64,000 bases of DNA, taken from the NCBI GenBank assembly GCA_945919455.1, contig CAMEJH010000002.1:4492-68491 (forward strand), given 5' to 3'. Both the position numbers and the translations under genes were made by a program. This document shows positions 36,837-48,193 of the stretch, piece after piece; position 1 is the first letter of the stretch; each line of letters begins with the position of its first letter. This DNA comes from an uncultured Clostridium sp. GTDB taxonomy: Bacteria; Bacillota; Clostridia; TANB77; CAG-508. The notes under the pieces are model-generated. The model saw only the letters and a program-made list of their open reading frames with translations. It was not told the origin of the DNA and did no database searches.

Positions 36837-38591
36837 TTATTTATTATCATCTAATTTTACTAATGGCTTATAACTTTGTAATGCTTCAATTCTTATATCT
36901 TGTATTTTATTTATCCCTTTTAAACTGTTTACATACTTTTGTAATTCATCCTTATATTTTTTATCCATATATTTATAAAAAATATTCCAAATATAGTGTA
37001 TCCACTTCCATTCTTTTTCGGTAATTTCCCCACTTATGTCACTAATAAAATAATTATTCCTTCTAGCTTTTGTAATAAATCTTTCAAATTGAATTTCTTT
37101 ATTTGATTGTATAAAAGCATTATCTATCCATCTTAACTTTTGTACATCAAATTCTTTCTCTTGAAACGATTTTTCAATCATCTCAATCTTTTCAATATAA
37201 TATTTCTCTTCTGCGTCTTTATTATAGTCGTTCACATATGTTCTTAGTTTTTCACAATTTTCATATTTCAATTCAAATCTATCAATTGTATTTTCATATA
37301 AATCTTTCTCTTCTTTATAATAGTTTTCAAATAGAACTGATTTAAATGATTTTTTTAGCTTTGATTCATCATACTTTACATCAAGTGCATTACACCAGTC
37401 TAATATATTATAAATATCATCTATAAATTCATCTAAACAAGTATATGTATATTGGTTCTCTATAATTAAATTATATTTGTCATTAACTATTTTTTTTATT
37501 TTCTCTTCATTTAAATAAAATATATTCTTTTCATCCTTAGAATTTATATATTGTTCTATAACTTGATTCATCTCATCAATTAAGTTTTTGGTATGATTTC
37601 CTTCAAATATTGCTAAAACATAATGGACTAATACTGCTTCTTTATTTATAATAAGAGAGGAATGAAAGTAATGTCTCTCTATTCTTGCCTCAATGTCTTC
37701 GTCTAGTCTTCTAGAAAAAGTATCATAATAATCAGAATTTTTCTCTTCCTTTCCTTTTTTAGGTTCAAATAAATTCTCTGTTTTTTCAATAGCGACTGCC
37801 ATACATGACTTTAATATAACTAGATTTATATTAGGATATTCTTTATATATGTACATATTTAATATTTCTAAAAATAAATTTACCCCTTTATTTATAGTTC
37901 TTAAATTATCTATTGGAAAATTTTCTATAAAATTTTCAACAAAATCATTTAATTCCTTTTCATCTATATATTGGTTTAATTTTGATATTACTATTGAATT
38001 AATTGCTTCTTTTGAAAATTTTGATATCTTATATTCCTTTTCAATTATTTTTTCTTTAAAAGAATTCCAAACTTCTTTATCCTCTTCATTTATCCTACTT
38101 TCATCACCAATCAACACAATTTTTATTTGCTTGCACAATGATAATTGTTCTATTATTCCTAATATATCTTCAATTGCAATTTTGCTACTTTTTCTTTCTA
38201 AGTCGTCTATAACTATTACTAGATTTTCTTCCTCTTTTAAAATTGAATAATACTCTTCAATAACTGATTTTGATTTTATTTCTGGTGAATTAATGCTAAT
38301 TCCGTTATAAGATATTGATCCACTAATTTTCTTTGCTAATTCCTTTCCTTTTTTCCAAAATTTCAGTTTTGAATTAGCTTTTTTAAATAATTCTTTTGCA
38401 ATTTCTTCTTGAATTACTTCAATATTATCCTTACCAAACAAGCTAATATATATTGCATTGTTTTTACTTTCTATATATTGATTTGTATAAAAACTTTTTC
38501 CTATTCCCCATCTTCCATTTATTAATATTTTTTTATATGTATTATCTTTTTCAAAATTTTTTAAAATTTCAAGTATGCTTTTTGATTCCAT
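36837..38591 (-). CDS. KAP-family P-loop NTPase
   Basis: INGRWGIGKSFY (GxWGxGKS of KAP NTPases). 584 aa. Confidence 0.65.
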   Translation of the reverse strand: MESKSILEILKNFEKDNTYKKILINGRWGIGKSFYTNQYIESKNNAIYISLFGKDNIEVIQEEIAKELFKKANSKLKFWKKGKELAKKISGSISYNGISINSPEIKSKSVIEEYYSILKEEENLVIVIDDLERKSSKIAIEDILGIIEQLSLCKQIKIVLIGDESRINEEDKEVWNSFKEKIIEKEYKISKFSKEAINSIVISKLNQYIDEKELNDFVENFIENFPIDNLRTINKGVNLFLEILNMYIYKEYPNINLVILKSCMAVAIEKTENLFEPKKGKEEKNSDYYDTFSRRLDEDIEARIERHYFHSSLIINKEAVLVHYVLAIFEGNHTKNLIDEMNQVIEQYINSKDEKNIFYLNEEKIKKIVNDKYNLIIENQYTYTCLDEFIDDIYNILDWCNALDVKYDESKLKKSFKSVLFENYYKEEKDLYENTIDRFELKYENCEKLRTYVNDYNKDAEEKYYIEKIEMIEKSFQEKEFDVQKLRWIDNAFIQSNKEIQFERFITKARRNNYFISDISGEITEKEWKWIHYIWNIFYKYMDKKYKDELQKYVNSLKGINKIQDIRIEALQSYKPLVKLDDNK

Positions 38592-38624
38592 TTTTTAACT
38601 TACCTGCTTCCTTTATTTATATTT

Positions 38625-39332
38625 TCATCTACTACTTTGATAATTTTTTACTTTTTTTATATATTCTTTTTTAAATAAGAAATCATTAATGTCTTGTAAA
38701 TATAATTTTAGTATCTTTTCAATTTGTTCTTGATTCTTCTTTATTTTATTAACATACTTCTTTTTCAGCTCTTTTATTTCATCTTTGAATGCTATATTAT
38801 ACTTCTCTGTATCTCTAAATTTTGATATAACCTCATAACTTTCTACATTATCTATGTCTTTGGTGGTATATCTTTTTACGTGTACATGTGCTCCTCTTAT
38901 TTCTATTATTCTTTTAAATCTATCAATTGCATTGTTTGTAGAGTTATCTATTACAGTAAAATCAGCATTAAAATCGTTTTCTTCTTTGTACTCCTTTAGA
39001 CTTCTTTTTATTGTCTTTGTTAGTTTTGATATTCTAGATTTCAAAATATATATCTCATTCAAATATGCACTATATATAAATTTCAAATAGTCTACTTTTG
39101 TCACTCTAGGATAAAAAGGAAACGAATTTCTATATATTAAGCAGTTCTTTATACTCTCATATGTCGCATTTAAATCAGTATATTCTTCAAATATCTTTAA
39201 TCTTGCCTTTTCATTATCGGTTAATTTGTCCATATTGAATTTATTTCTTTCAATACTCTCTATAACTTTTGAAATATTTTCAGTAATATTATAAATTAAT
39301 ATTTGAATATCATCTTCCATATATTGCTCCAC
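38625..39332 (-). CDS. hypothetical protein upstream of the KAP NTPase
   Basis: 235-aa ORF, no recognisable motif. Confidence 0.4.
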   Translation of the reverse strand: MEQYMEDDIQILIYNITENISKVIESIERNKFNMDKLTDNEKARLKIFEEYTDLNATYESIKNCLIYRNSFPFYPRVTKVDYLKFIYSAYLNEIYILKSRISKLTKTIKRSLKEYKEENDFNADFTVIDNSTNNAIDRFKRIIEIRGAHVHVKRYTTKDIDNVESYEVISKFRDTEKYNIAFKDEIKELKKKYVNKIKKNQEQIEKILKLYLQDINDFLFKKEYIKKVKNYQSSR

Positions 39333-39371
39333 TTCTTTTTTATTTTTTCCCCAATTATACCACTTCCTGTA

Positions 39372-39587
<216 letters not shown>

Positions 39588-39778
39588 ATGTGAACAATAT
39601 TTATTATACTACCATAATCAATATCTGTCAATACATTTATATCAAAAAAACTGCAAAAAACAATTTTTAAACAGCACAAAGCAAAATCTTAAATGCATCA
39701 ACTAATACAATTATATGCAACAAACAAAAAAATATTCACACATCACTAAGAATGTATACATCCTCTAATTAAAACGCA

Positions 39779-40582
39779 TCAAACAAAAATATAGCTTTTG
39801 ATATCTTCAAACTTGCTATCTCCAATACCGCTAACATTCTTAATCTCCTCAATATTAGAAAAATTACCATTCTCCTTTCTATAATTAATAATCTTTAAAG
39901 CAAGTGAAGGTCCAATACCAGGAAGGGTTTCCAATTCAGTCTGCGTAGCAGTATTAATATTAACCTTATCAATTTTACTTAAATAACTATTTTTAGAATT
40001 TTCTGAAAAATCCCCTGATGCCCCATTAGCAAGAACACTATAGCTAGAATTAGATATACCATCTCCAGACCCTAAAGTAACATATTCAAAATTTGGATTA
40101 TTCTTTAAATCTTCATCATTTGGAATATTTATTTTCATCCCATCATCTAGCACAAACACCAAATTTATTTTAGAAATATTAGCTTTATTCGTGATTCCTC
40201 CAGCAGCATTAATTGCATCGTTAATTCTACAGCCTTTACTTAAAGAAAAAACTCCTGGATTATTAACTTCTCCTGAAACATATACAAAAATATTATTATC
40301 TATATTTTCTATATTTTCATCTGAATCTTCTTCATTTATATTAGTATTCTCCGCTTCTCCTTCTGCCCCAACAATATCATTTCCATTATCTACATGTTCT
40401 TTTTCAACAGTTTTAGCATTTTTATCATTATTTACATCACCTCCAATCTCTTCATTATCGACTTTAACAATAACATCTTCGCTATCATAATTACTAACAA
40501 AATAATCAATAGCTAAACACATTAAAATACATATTATTATTCCAATTATTGTAATAACTTTTTTATTTTTAAAAAAACTCAT
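39779..40582 (-). CDS. comEA: competence protein ComEA (SLBB + tandem helix-hairpin-helix DNA-binding)
   Basis: N-terminal TM. YVSGEVNNPGVF (SLBB). C-terminal INTATQTELETLPGIGPSLALKIINYR HhH motif. ATG at 40582 with AAGGAGG RBS. Confidence 0.7.
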   Translation of the reverse strand: MSFFKNKKVITIIGIIICILMCLAIDYFVSNYDSEDVIVKVDNEEIGGDVNNDKNAKTVEKEHVDNGNDIVGAEGEAENTNINEEDSDENIENIDNNIFVYVSGEVNNPGVFSLSKGCRINDAINAAGGITNKANISKINLVFVLDDGMKINIPNDEDLKNNPNFEYVTLGSGDGISNSSYSVLANGASGDFSENSKNSYLSKIDKVNINTATQTELETLPGIGPSLALKIINYRKENGNFSNIEEIKNVSGIGDSKFEDIKSYIFV

Positions 40583-40688
40583 AATTAACCTCCTTTTTAA
40601 ATTTAAAAAATCCCTAAAAACTCCTTGAAAATAATTAACAAATAAGATATGATAATAACACGATGTAAATAAGGAGTTATAATAACAA

Positions 40689-42014
40689 ATGAAAATACAA
40701 AATAAAATAGCATTAATCATAATATCAATAATATTATTAATAAATACATGTATGTGTACAAAAGTCCAAGCAGATCAAACTTTAACAACATCCAACACTT
40801 CAACAGTTATATCTTCAAAATCAGATTCAGATATGACATTAGATTTATATTCAGAAGCGGCTGTTCTAATAGATTCAAAAACAGGAAAAATTTTATATGG
40901 CAAAAACGAAAAAGAAAAAATGTATCCAGCTAGCACAACAAAAGTATTAACAGCAATACTAGCTTTAGAAAAATGTAAATTGACAGACAAAATAACTGCA
41001 AGTTATGATGCCGTAATGTCGATACCAGCAGGATATTCAAATGCCGCAATACAACCGGGTGAAACTTTAACAGTTCAAGAATTACTAGATATGTTTTTAA
41101 TTCATTCCGCAAATGAAATAGGTTTTATATTGGCAGAACATATTTCTGGAAGTGTTGAAGAATTTTCAAACTTAATGAATCAAAAAGTTGCGGAGTTAGG
41201 TTGTACTGGTACACATTTTACAAACCCAAGTGGGATCCATGACAATGATCATTACTCTACAGCATATGATATGGCTCTTATAGCAAGATATTGTATGGAA
41301 AATGATGAATTTAGAAAAATAGTTTCTAAAAAGTCTTGTACTATTGCACCAACAGAAAAATATCAAGAAAGATATTTTGTTAATACAAATGATATGATTA
41401 AACCTTCTAGCCAATATTATTATCAATATGCAATAGGAATTAAAACAGGATATACTAGCCAAGCTAAAAATTGTCTTATATCGGCTAGTTTAAAAGATAA
41501 TCTTGAACTAATTGCTGTAGTACTTGGTGCACAATCAACAGATACTGGTAAAAGTGGTAGATATATTGATACAATAAATTTATTTGAATATGGATATTCA
41601 AATTATAAGATGCAAGAAATAGCAACTAAAAATAGTGTTATTCAAGAAATAACTATTCAAAATGCAACAAAAGAAACTAAAAATTTACCTATACTTTTGA
41701 AAGATTCTATTAGCAGTGTTGTACCTATTGGTTTCGATTTAAACAATATAAATTATAATATTCAACTTAATGAAAATATATCTGCTCCAATTTCAGAAGG
41801 ATCAGTTGTTGGAAAAATAACTTATAATATAGATGGAATTGTTTATACATCAGAGTTATTAGCTGGCCACAATGTTGAAAAATCGAATCTACCAATTCTT
41901 ATTGTTCAAATAGTTCTAGCAGTTTTGGTTTTATTTATATTAGCTAAGCTGTTATCTCCAAAGAAGAATTATAAAAAGAAAAAATATAAAAAATCTAAAA
42001 AGAAAATAATTTAA
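40689..42014 (+). CDS. dacF: D-alanyl-D-alanine carboxypeptidase (serine-type, PBP5/DacF-like)
   Basis: Signal peptide. SASTTK (SxxK) and SAN (SxN) motifs. C-terminal membrane anchor. Confidence 0.8.
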   Translation: MKIQNKIALIIISIILLINTCMCTKVQADQTLTTSNTSTVISSKSDSDMTLDLYSEAAVLIDSKTGKILYGKNEKEKMYPASTTKVLTAILALEKCKLTDKITASYDAVMSIPAGYSNAAIQPGETLTVQELLDMFLIHSANEIGFILAEHISGSVEEFSNLMNQKVAELGCTGTHFTNPSGIHDNDHYSTAYDMALIARYCMENDEFRKIVSKKSCTIAPTEKYQERYFVNTNDMIKPSSQYYYQYAIGIKTGYTSQAKNCLISASLKDNLELIAVVLGAQSTDTGKSGRYIDTINLFEYGYSNYKMQEIATKNSVIQEITIQNATKETKNLPILLKDSISSVVPIGFDLNNINYNIQLNENISAPISEGSVVGKITYNIDGIVYTSELLAGHNVEKSNLPILIVQIVLAVLVLFILAKLLSPKKNYKKKKYKKSKKKII

Positions 42015-42049
42015 TATAGAATTTCAAATTATTTATTACTACTATATGA

Positions 42050-42081
42050 GGGCATATATTAATATGCCCCCATTTTTATTT
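42050..42081 (+). terminator. rho-independent terminator after dac gene
   Basis: GGGCATAT-atta-ATATGCCC hairpin followed by CCATTTTTATTT. Confidence 0.6.
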
Positions 42082-43524
42082 ATAATCTTTACCTATAATT
42101 ATTGTAATGTCTACATTACTTGAGCTTACTGAACTTGTTGAAATATTTCCTACTCCAAGTAATTCTTTAATGTTATTTTCAAATTTTTGATCTACATCTG
42201 TTTTGTTTATTATTGTTGTTTTAGATGTATTTGTTGTATTACTTGCTTTAGTAACTTTGTATCCTTTATCAGTTAATGCTTTTTTTACTTCAGCAAGTTT
42301 TTTATCAGAACCAGAACCATTTAATATTTCTATTTTTATTTTTGATGCTTCTGTTTTTGTTATTGTTGAGCTTGTCTCACTTAATGTGTTAGTATTGGAT
42401 GTATTTGTTGTAGTACTATTTGAAGATGTATTGCTGGTAGTATTACTATTTGTATTACTTGTTGATGTATTAGTTGTATTTGATGTTGTTTCATCTGTTT
42501 CTCCATCTCCATATAATTCTTCTATTAATTTTGCAGTTTCTGTTTTGTTTACTTGATAGAACCATAATGGTACTTCTGGTGGTCCTACTGATACCCCTGG
42601 CAATACTTGGCTTTGTATTGAGTCTATATTCATGTTTACTGCATATGGCACATAGTCTTTAACAACTGATATTGATAAGTTTGTTTCTACATATTCATAA
42701 ACAATATCTATTATATCTTTAACTTTAAATACATTTTTAGCTTGTATTGTTTGTTTTGCTGTTTCTATTATGAAGTTTCTTTGTGTCTTCATTCTTCCAA
42801 TGTCATTTCCACCATATTCTTCTGGGTATCCACCTATATATTTTCCTGTTTTTTTATCTAAATTTCCATGTCTATATCTTAATAATTGTTCTGCTTTATC
42901 ACCATCTAATGTTTGTAGTCCCTTTTTTAAATTTATGTGTAAATCTTGTGAGTCATCATCATATACCATATCTATTGGAACATCAAATTCAACTCCACCA
43001 ATTACATCTACAAGTTTTATTAACGCTTGATTATCAATTACCATATAGTATTTTATATCTAGCCCTGTTATGTTATTTACTGCTTCTAATGTCTTTTCAG
43101 GACTTTTTTGGTATAAAGCATTAATTTTGTCCATCCCTCCACCAGTTTTTATATCTTTTCCAACGAATGTGTCTCTTGGAATTGATAGTAAAGATGCTGT
43201 TTGTTTTTGTGGATCATATGTTCCAACTATTATTGTGTCTGTAAGTTTTCCACCATTGTCTGTACTTACACCCATTAATAGCACTTGGATTGGTTCAAGT
43301 TCTTTTAAAGTCTCTTCTGTGTGTCCTACTAATGTTGACAATAGTCCTTGCATTCCTCCACCATTTTTCTTTGTTCTATATGCTATTAATCCTACTAATG
43401 CTAATAATAGAATTATTAATATTATTAATATCTTTTTTAAAATTCCTGATTTCTTTTTTACTTTTTTATTGCTATTTTCTTCTCTTTTGTTTTTGTTTCT
43501 TCTTGCCACAACTCTCACTCCCAT
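42076..43524 (-). CDS. LytR-CpsA-Psr (LCP) family cell-envelope phosphotransferase with Thr/Asn/Ser-rich linker
   Basis: N-terminal TM. LLSIPRDTFVG LCP core. Low-complexity TSNTTNTSTSNT... linker. Confidence 0.7.
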   Translation of the reverse strand: MGVRVVARRNKNKREENSNKKVKKKSGILKKILIILIILLLALVGLIAYRTKKNGGGMQGLLSTLVGHTEETLKELEPIQVLLMGVSTDNGGKLTDTIIVGTYDPQKQTASLLSIPRDTFVGKDIKTGGGMDKINALYQKSPEKTLEAVNNITGLDIKYYMVIDNQALIKLVDVIGGVEFDVPIDMVYDDDSQDLHINLKKGLQTLDGDKAEQLLRYRHGNLDKKTGKYIGGYPEEYGGNDIGRMKTQRNFIIETAKQTIQAKNVFKVKDIIDIVYEYVETNLSISVVKDYVPYAVNMNIDSIQSQVLPGVSVGPPEVPLWFYQVNKTETAKLIEELYGDGETDETTSNTTNTSTSNTNSNTTSNTSSNSTTTNTSNTNTLSETSSTITKTEASKIKIEILNGSGSDKKLAEVKKALTDKGYKVTKASNTTNTSKTTIINKTDVDQKFENNIKELLGVGNISTSSVSSSNVDITIIIGKDYK

Positions 43525-43705
43525 TTTTAGTTTTACTATTTTACTATAACAAACTTTTTTATAAATTTCAACATTTAATTGACTTTTTTGTATTTTTTCA
43601 CAAAGAATTCACAAACTTGTGCTTAAACAAAAAACGTCTTAGTTATGATTTCAAATATTAGACAGTTTTTCTAATATTTTGGTTCATTTCTAAGACGATT
43701 GTTTT

Positions 43706-44347
43706 TTAAAATAGTATTGTTAATAATAAATTATTATTGTAAAAGAATTTAGTTATAAATGAGCTTGATATTACATTTGCTATTGTTGTATTTCCTGTAG
43801 TATATATTATAAAGAATGCTATGGCTAGTAGAGCATAAATTATTAAAAGTGATTTTATAGTACCATACAATATTCCTCCTATAGCATTAAATTGTTTTAA
43901 TATAGGTAGTTCTGTTATCATATCTGCTATGAATGTTAACAATATTAATACTACTCTTGAGATAATAAATATTCCTAATATTACACCTATGTTTATTACT
44001 TTTATAGCTATTGTTCCTGCTGCTTCAACTACTATTTCATTTTTAGTTTTGTTTACTGTGTCGTCAACATATTTTTCTATGTATCTCATGAATCCATTGT
44101 CTTCATTTTCTTCAGTTTGACTATTTTCTGTAGTAAAGTTTTCTATTATTGTATTTTCTATTTTCTCATCTATTTCTGTGTTTTCTATTACTATATTTGA
44201 TACAGGTTTATATAATACTACTGCTAAGATAATTGATACTATTACTGCAATTAGTCCAACAGCAAGCTTTACTAGTCCTTTTTCATAACATATATATATA
44301 TTTATTAAAATTATTAAAACTACTATAATATCTAAAATTATTCCCAT
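43706..44347 (-). CDS. cvpA: CvpA-family membrane protein
   Basis: MGIILDIIVVLIILINIYICYEKGLVKL opening and four TM segments typical of CvpA. Confidence 0.55.
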   Translation of the reverse strand: MGIILDIIVVLIILINIYICYEKGLVKLAVGLIAVIVSIILAVVLYKPVSNIVIENTEIDEKIENTIIENFTTENSQTEENEDNGFMRYIEKYVDDTVNKTKNEIVVEAAGTIAIKVINIGVILGIFIISRVVLILLTFIADMITELPILKQFNAIGGILYGTIKSLLIIYALLAIAFFIIYTTGNTTIANVISSSFITKFFYNNNLLLTILF

Positions 44348-44358
44348 ATATGTCCCTC

Positions 44359-45543
44359 CTATAATTTTATTATTTGTATTTTATTTCTATATACTACACC
44401 AACTAAGTTGTCAGTCATAACTATGTCATTTATTTCTGTTGAAGATATATATTTTTTAATTAATATACCATTTGTGTCTATAATATGGAGCTCCGCTCCA
44501 AAATTTATGGCTATTTTATTTTCATAAGTTTTTACTGATTTTGCTACATCATTTGCTATATATTCTCTTTTCTTTAATGTTGTTGGGTTTATAATTGTTA
44601 CATTTGTGTCTGAAGTATATTCTCCTGTAGAAATTTCTTCTAGTACTGCAACTCTATTTCTTAAGTTTATTGTCATAAATGCTAATTTTCTATCTTTAAA
44701 ATTTACTATTTCTGTAATTTGCTGGTCTTGTAGCATTTCTATTGAATCATTATAAAAACATATTAAGTTTCCTTTATCTTGGTATTCTATGTTTATTATT
44801 AATTTATCTGTTTGTGCCTCATGTTTATATATCATTGCTTCTTTCGCATTTGTTTGTGCTAACTCCATAGATATTATTTGTATGCTTGATTTTATTAGTA
44901 TGCCTGATATATCTATTTCTGCTATAGCTAAATATTTACTGTCTTTTGATATACTTACATCTGCAACTCTTGATGTTACTAAATTTGTTTTGAATACTTG
45001 TTTTCCGCTTTTGTTATAAACATCTACAATTGATTTATAACTTGCATTTGATAATACTATTGAAACATAACCGCCTTCACTTACATTTATTTGATTTATT
45101 GTTCCTTCTATTGAATTTTCAAATAATTTTTCTTTTCCACATATTAAGTAAAATTTTTGTCCTTGCTCTTCACATATTGCCATATATTTTCCTGCAGATG
45201 TAAATACAGGTTTATTTATGTCTATATCTATTTTTTCTACTTGATTTCCTAATCTGTTGTAAAATTCTAAAGATTTTTTCCTGAATATACATATATATTT
45301 ATCATATGCATATATTTGTGTATTTTCATCACCATCTAGCTCTATAGTTTTAGTGTCCTCTTCAAGAACTTCTTTTCTTAGTACATTGTCATCACACCAT
45401 TTTCTAAATTGCATATTATACATATATACTATTATCAATACTACTATTAATATTATAATTGCTATAAAGCCCATGAATACTGCTAACTTCTTTAGTTTTC
45501 CTTTTCTCTGGTTCTGCAGCTCTTCAGCCCAAAAATCCTTCAT
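44359..45543 (-). CDS. hypothetical membrane-anchored protein
   Basis: N-terminal TM followed by a beta-rich ectodomain. Confidence 0.45.
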   Translation of the reverse strand: MKDFWAEELQNQRKGKLKKLAVFMGFIAIIILIVVLIIVYMYNMQFRKWCDDNVLRKEVLEEDTKTIELDGDENTQIYAYDKYICIFRKKSLEFYNRLGNQVEKIDIDINKPVFTSAGKYMAICEEQGQKFYLICGKEKLFENSIEGTINQINVSEGGYVSIVLSNASYKSIVDVYNKSGKQVFKTNLVTSRVADVSISKDSKYLAIAEIDISGILIKSSIQIISMELAQTNAKEAMIYKHEAQTDKLIINIEYQDKGNLICFYNDSIEMLQDQQITEIVNFKDRKLAFMTINLRNRVAVLEEISTGEYTSDTNVTIINPTTLKKREYIANDVAKSVKTYENKIAINFGAELHIIDTNGILIKKYISSTEINDIVMTDNLVGVVYRNKIQIIKL

Positions 45544-45623
45544 TATTTTCTCCTTGTCTTTTGATATTTGCTATTATTATATCATAAGTGTTTATTTTTG
45601 CAATATTTTTTATATGTTTCTTT

Positions 45624-46643
45624 TTAATATAATGTAGAATTGTCACTAATTATTGCTAATATTTGTATAATTCCTAAGTACCCAAAAAACGGATATGCAA
45701 AATTTACTAATTTTGAAAAGCCAAAATTTGAAATTATTAAACTAGTTATACACATAAACAGCAAAAATTGTGTATAACTTTTCTTATTTTTACTAACATT
45801 TTGTAAAAATCCAATTCCTATTGATATTGCTGTTGTAAATATTGATGATAATATAATAAATGCATATATGTTTTTAAATTTGGCAAAGAATTTTCTTATA
45901 ATATATACCGCTGGCATTTCTAATGTAGATATTTCTACATCTGATTTTACTAATAGCATATATATCATGCTTGATAATATTATCATTATTACATTGCTTA
46001 TTATAGCAATATATTTTATATTTTTCTCTTTTGAAATATGTTTTCTTAAAGATATCAGTACTGGTATTAACAAAATTAAGTTATAACTACAATATATTAT
46101 TGCACTTAATAACCATCCTTGTTTTATTTCTGGTATTTGAATTTCTCCAATATTTATAGATAATATATTATTTATCCCTATTGTTATTACGCTTACTATT
46201 AATATTGGTACTATATATTCACTCACTCTTAGTACTCCATTTACATTTGTTAAAAAAACTAAAAAACACAATATAACTAAAATTAAGCTTCCTATTATTT
46301 TATTTATTTCTATTTCTTGTTCAAAATAAGCTCCAAAACCTGCTATCATTATATAAAAACTTGCTAATAATAATATATTTAATATTATATTTATAATCTT
46401 TATTATTTTTTCATTTTTTATAAATAATCTTAAAAATTCTTCATAACTATCTATTTTATTAACATATATTATTCTGAAGCTTTTAAATATTAAGAAACTT
46501 AGCAAACAACATGTTACTATTATACCAAAAAGTCCTTGTATTCCATAGCAATAAAAAAACGAATAGATTTCCTGCCCTGATGCAAATCCAGCTCCTATTA
46601 GAGCTCCTATTATTACTAATATAATTGAAATTGTTTCTCTCAT
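45624..46643 (-). CDS. YkvI-like/APC-superfamily polytopic membrane protein
   Basis: IGAGFASGQEI motif near N-terminus. About 10 TM helices. Confidence 0.4.
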   Translation of the reverse strand: MRETISIILVIIGALIGAGFASGQEIYSFFYCYGIQGLFGIIVTCCLLSFLIFKSFRIIYVNKIDSYEEFLRLFIKNEKIIKIINIILNILLLASFYIMIAGFGAYFEQEIEINKIIGSLILVILCFLVFLTNVNGVLRVSEYIVPILIVSVITIGINNILSINIGEIQIPEIKQGWLLSAIIYCSYNLILLIPVLISLRKHISKEKNIKYIAIISNVIMIILSSMIYMLLVKSDVEISTLEMPAVYIIRKFFAKFKNIYAFIILSSIFTTAISIGIGFLQNVSKNKKSYTQFLLFMCITSLIISNFGFSKLVNFAYPFFGYLGIIQILAIISDNSTLY

Positions 46644-46731
46644 ATTTACCTCTTATATTAGTATATTTATAGTTTCTTATTAATATAACTAAAAAGGAGA
46701 CAGTCAATTCTTTTAACTGTCTCCTTGATAG

Positions 46732-48177
46732 CTATTTTCTTCTTCTAACTTGCCATACTACTATTCCAACTCCAATTACTAATACCGGTAAAATGAATAT
46801 TATTGTTTTTATTATTGCATCTTCTTGATCTGTTACTGTATATTTTTCTTCTTCACTTGTTTTTCTTATTGTTATTGTATCTGTTCTTTCTGTTAAGTGT
46901 GAAATTGAATTTAATATTACATCTTCATTATTATGTAAATTTACTGCATACATATAATATTGATTGCTTATTGGTACTTGTAAATTTGAAGCACATATTT
47001 CATTTGAAAATATTATTAGTTCAGATGAAATATCGTCTGATATTTTCTTAGTTACTAATGCCCCTACAATGCTTGAGCCTTCTTCTCCATCTTTATCAGT
47101 TCTTGAATATGTATCTATATCAAAATTTGTTCTTACAAAAGATTTTTCTCCTGTTGTAGCTATTGTTTCATATTCAACACCTAGTTCATTTAGTTTGTCT
47201 TCATCTGCAAATTGTATTTTTCCTGGATCTGTTAAACACATCTTTAATGACATATCTATATCTTGCATATAGCTTGCATTTGCTGATACTACTACAAATT
47301 CTGGCGCATTTTGAAGCATTTTAGCACTATCTTGTTCAAATATTGCTCCATATTCCATTGATATTCCATATTGTGCTAATATTTGATCAAAGTTTGGAGT
47401 ATCTATATCTAATACATTTTGAGATGTTAACATCATTATTTTTCCACCTCGTTGAATGTATTCAGATATTCTATCTCTTTCTAGTTCTGTAATATCTTTG
47501 GCTAATGTAGTAATTATTAAACAATCGCAGTCTTCTGGCACTTCTCCTTTTATCAATATATCTAAATATTCCACTTCATTAGACTCTTCTTTTAGTTTTG
47601 AAATTATGCTTGCTAATGATTCTTCTGTTTTATAATATGCCTTTCCTGAAAGTATATATATTTGTGGTTTTTCGTCTAGAGTTATTTCTACTATTGCATT
47701 AGTTATAGCTTCTTCTGTTCTATCTACTTGTTCATAAGTAGAATAATCAATTGTGTATAAATCACTTATTGATAATGTTTTTTCTTTATTATCTGTTTTT
47801 ACTACTATTAAGCTGTCATTATTTTCTAGGTTATATTTGGTCATTAAATCAACTCTTGATGATAGATCTAAAATTTCTTCTATTTTTATCTTGTCTGTTG
47901 ATTTTGTATATTTTTTTGCATATTCTATTACATAATTGTAATTATTCATATTTATTAATTGAATTGTTATTTCTTTATCTAGTTTTGAGATTTTATCTTT
48001 TGTTTCACTTGATAAAGAATATAACTTTTTTTCAGTACAGTCTAAATCTTCTAAATTAATTTTCTCAACTCCCCAATTTAGTAGTATATAACATGCAATT
48101 ACTATAACTACTAAAGCTGCTGTGGTAGTGCCTTTTATTAGCCACTTGTTTTTTATTATTTCTAAAAGCTTTTTCAC
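46732..48177 (-). CDS. GldG-like ABC-transporter auxiliary component
   Basis: N- and C-terminal TM anchors with a large periplasmic-type domain. Sits downstream of ABC-2 permease and ATPase genes. Confidence 0.5.
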   Translation of the reverse strand: MKKLLEIIKNKWLIKGTTTAALVVIVIACYILLNWGVEKINLEDLDCTEKKLYSLSSETKDKISKLDKEITIQLINMNNYNYVIEYAKKYTKSTDKIKIEEILDLSSRVDLMTKYNLENNDSLIVVKTDNKEKTLSISDLYTIDYSTYEQVDRTEEAITNAIVEITLDEKPQIYILSGKAYYKTEESLASIISKLKEESNEVEYLDILIKGEVPEDCDCLIITTLAKDITELERDRISEYIQRGGKIMMLTSQNVLDIDTPNFDQILAQYGISMEYGAIFEQDSAKMLQNAPEFVVVSANASYMQDIDMSLKMCLTDPGKIQFADEDKLNELGVEYETIATTGEKSFVRTNFDIDTYSRTDKDGEEGSSIVGALVTKKISDDISSELIIFSNEICASNLQVPISNQYYMYAVNLHNNEDVILNSISHLTERTDTITIRKTSEEEKYTVTDQEDAIIKTIIFILPVLVIGVGIVVWQVRRRK

Positions 48178-48193
48178 TATTTCCCTCTCCTAT

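Noticed and set aside
42203-43661. Multiple plus-strand ORFs (117, 62, 86, 113, 159 and 123 aa) across the LCP gene
   Set aside because: They overlap one another in different frames and are antisense to the LCP gene, which has clear motifs. They are products of a low-complexity Thr/Asn coding tract.
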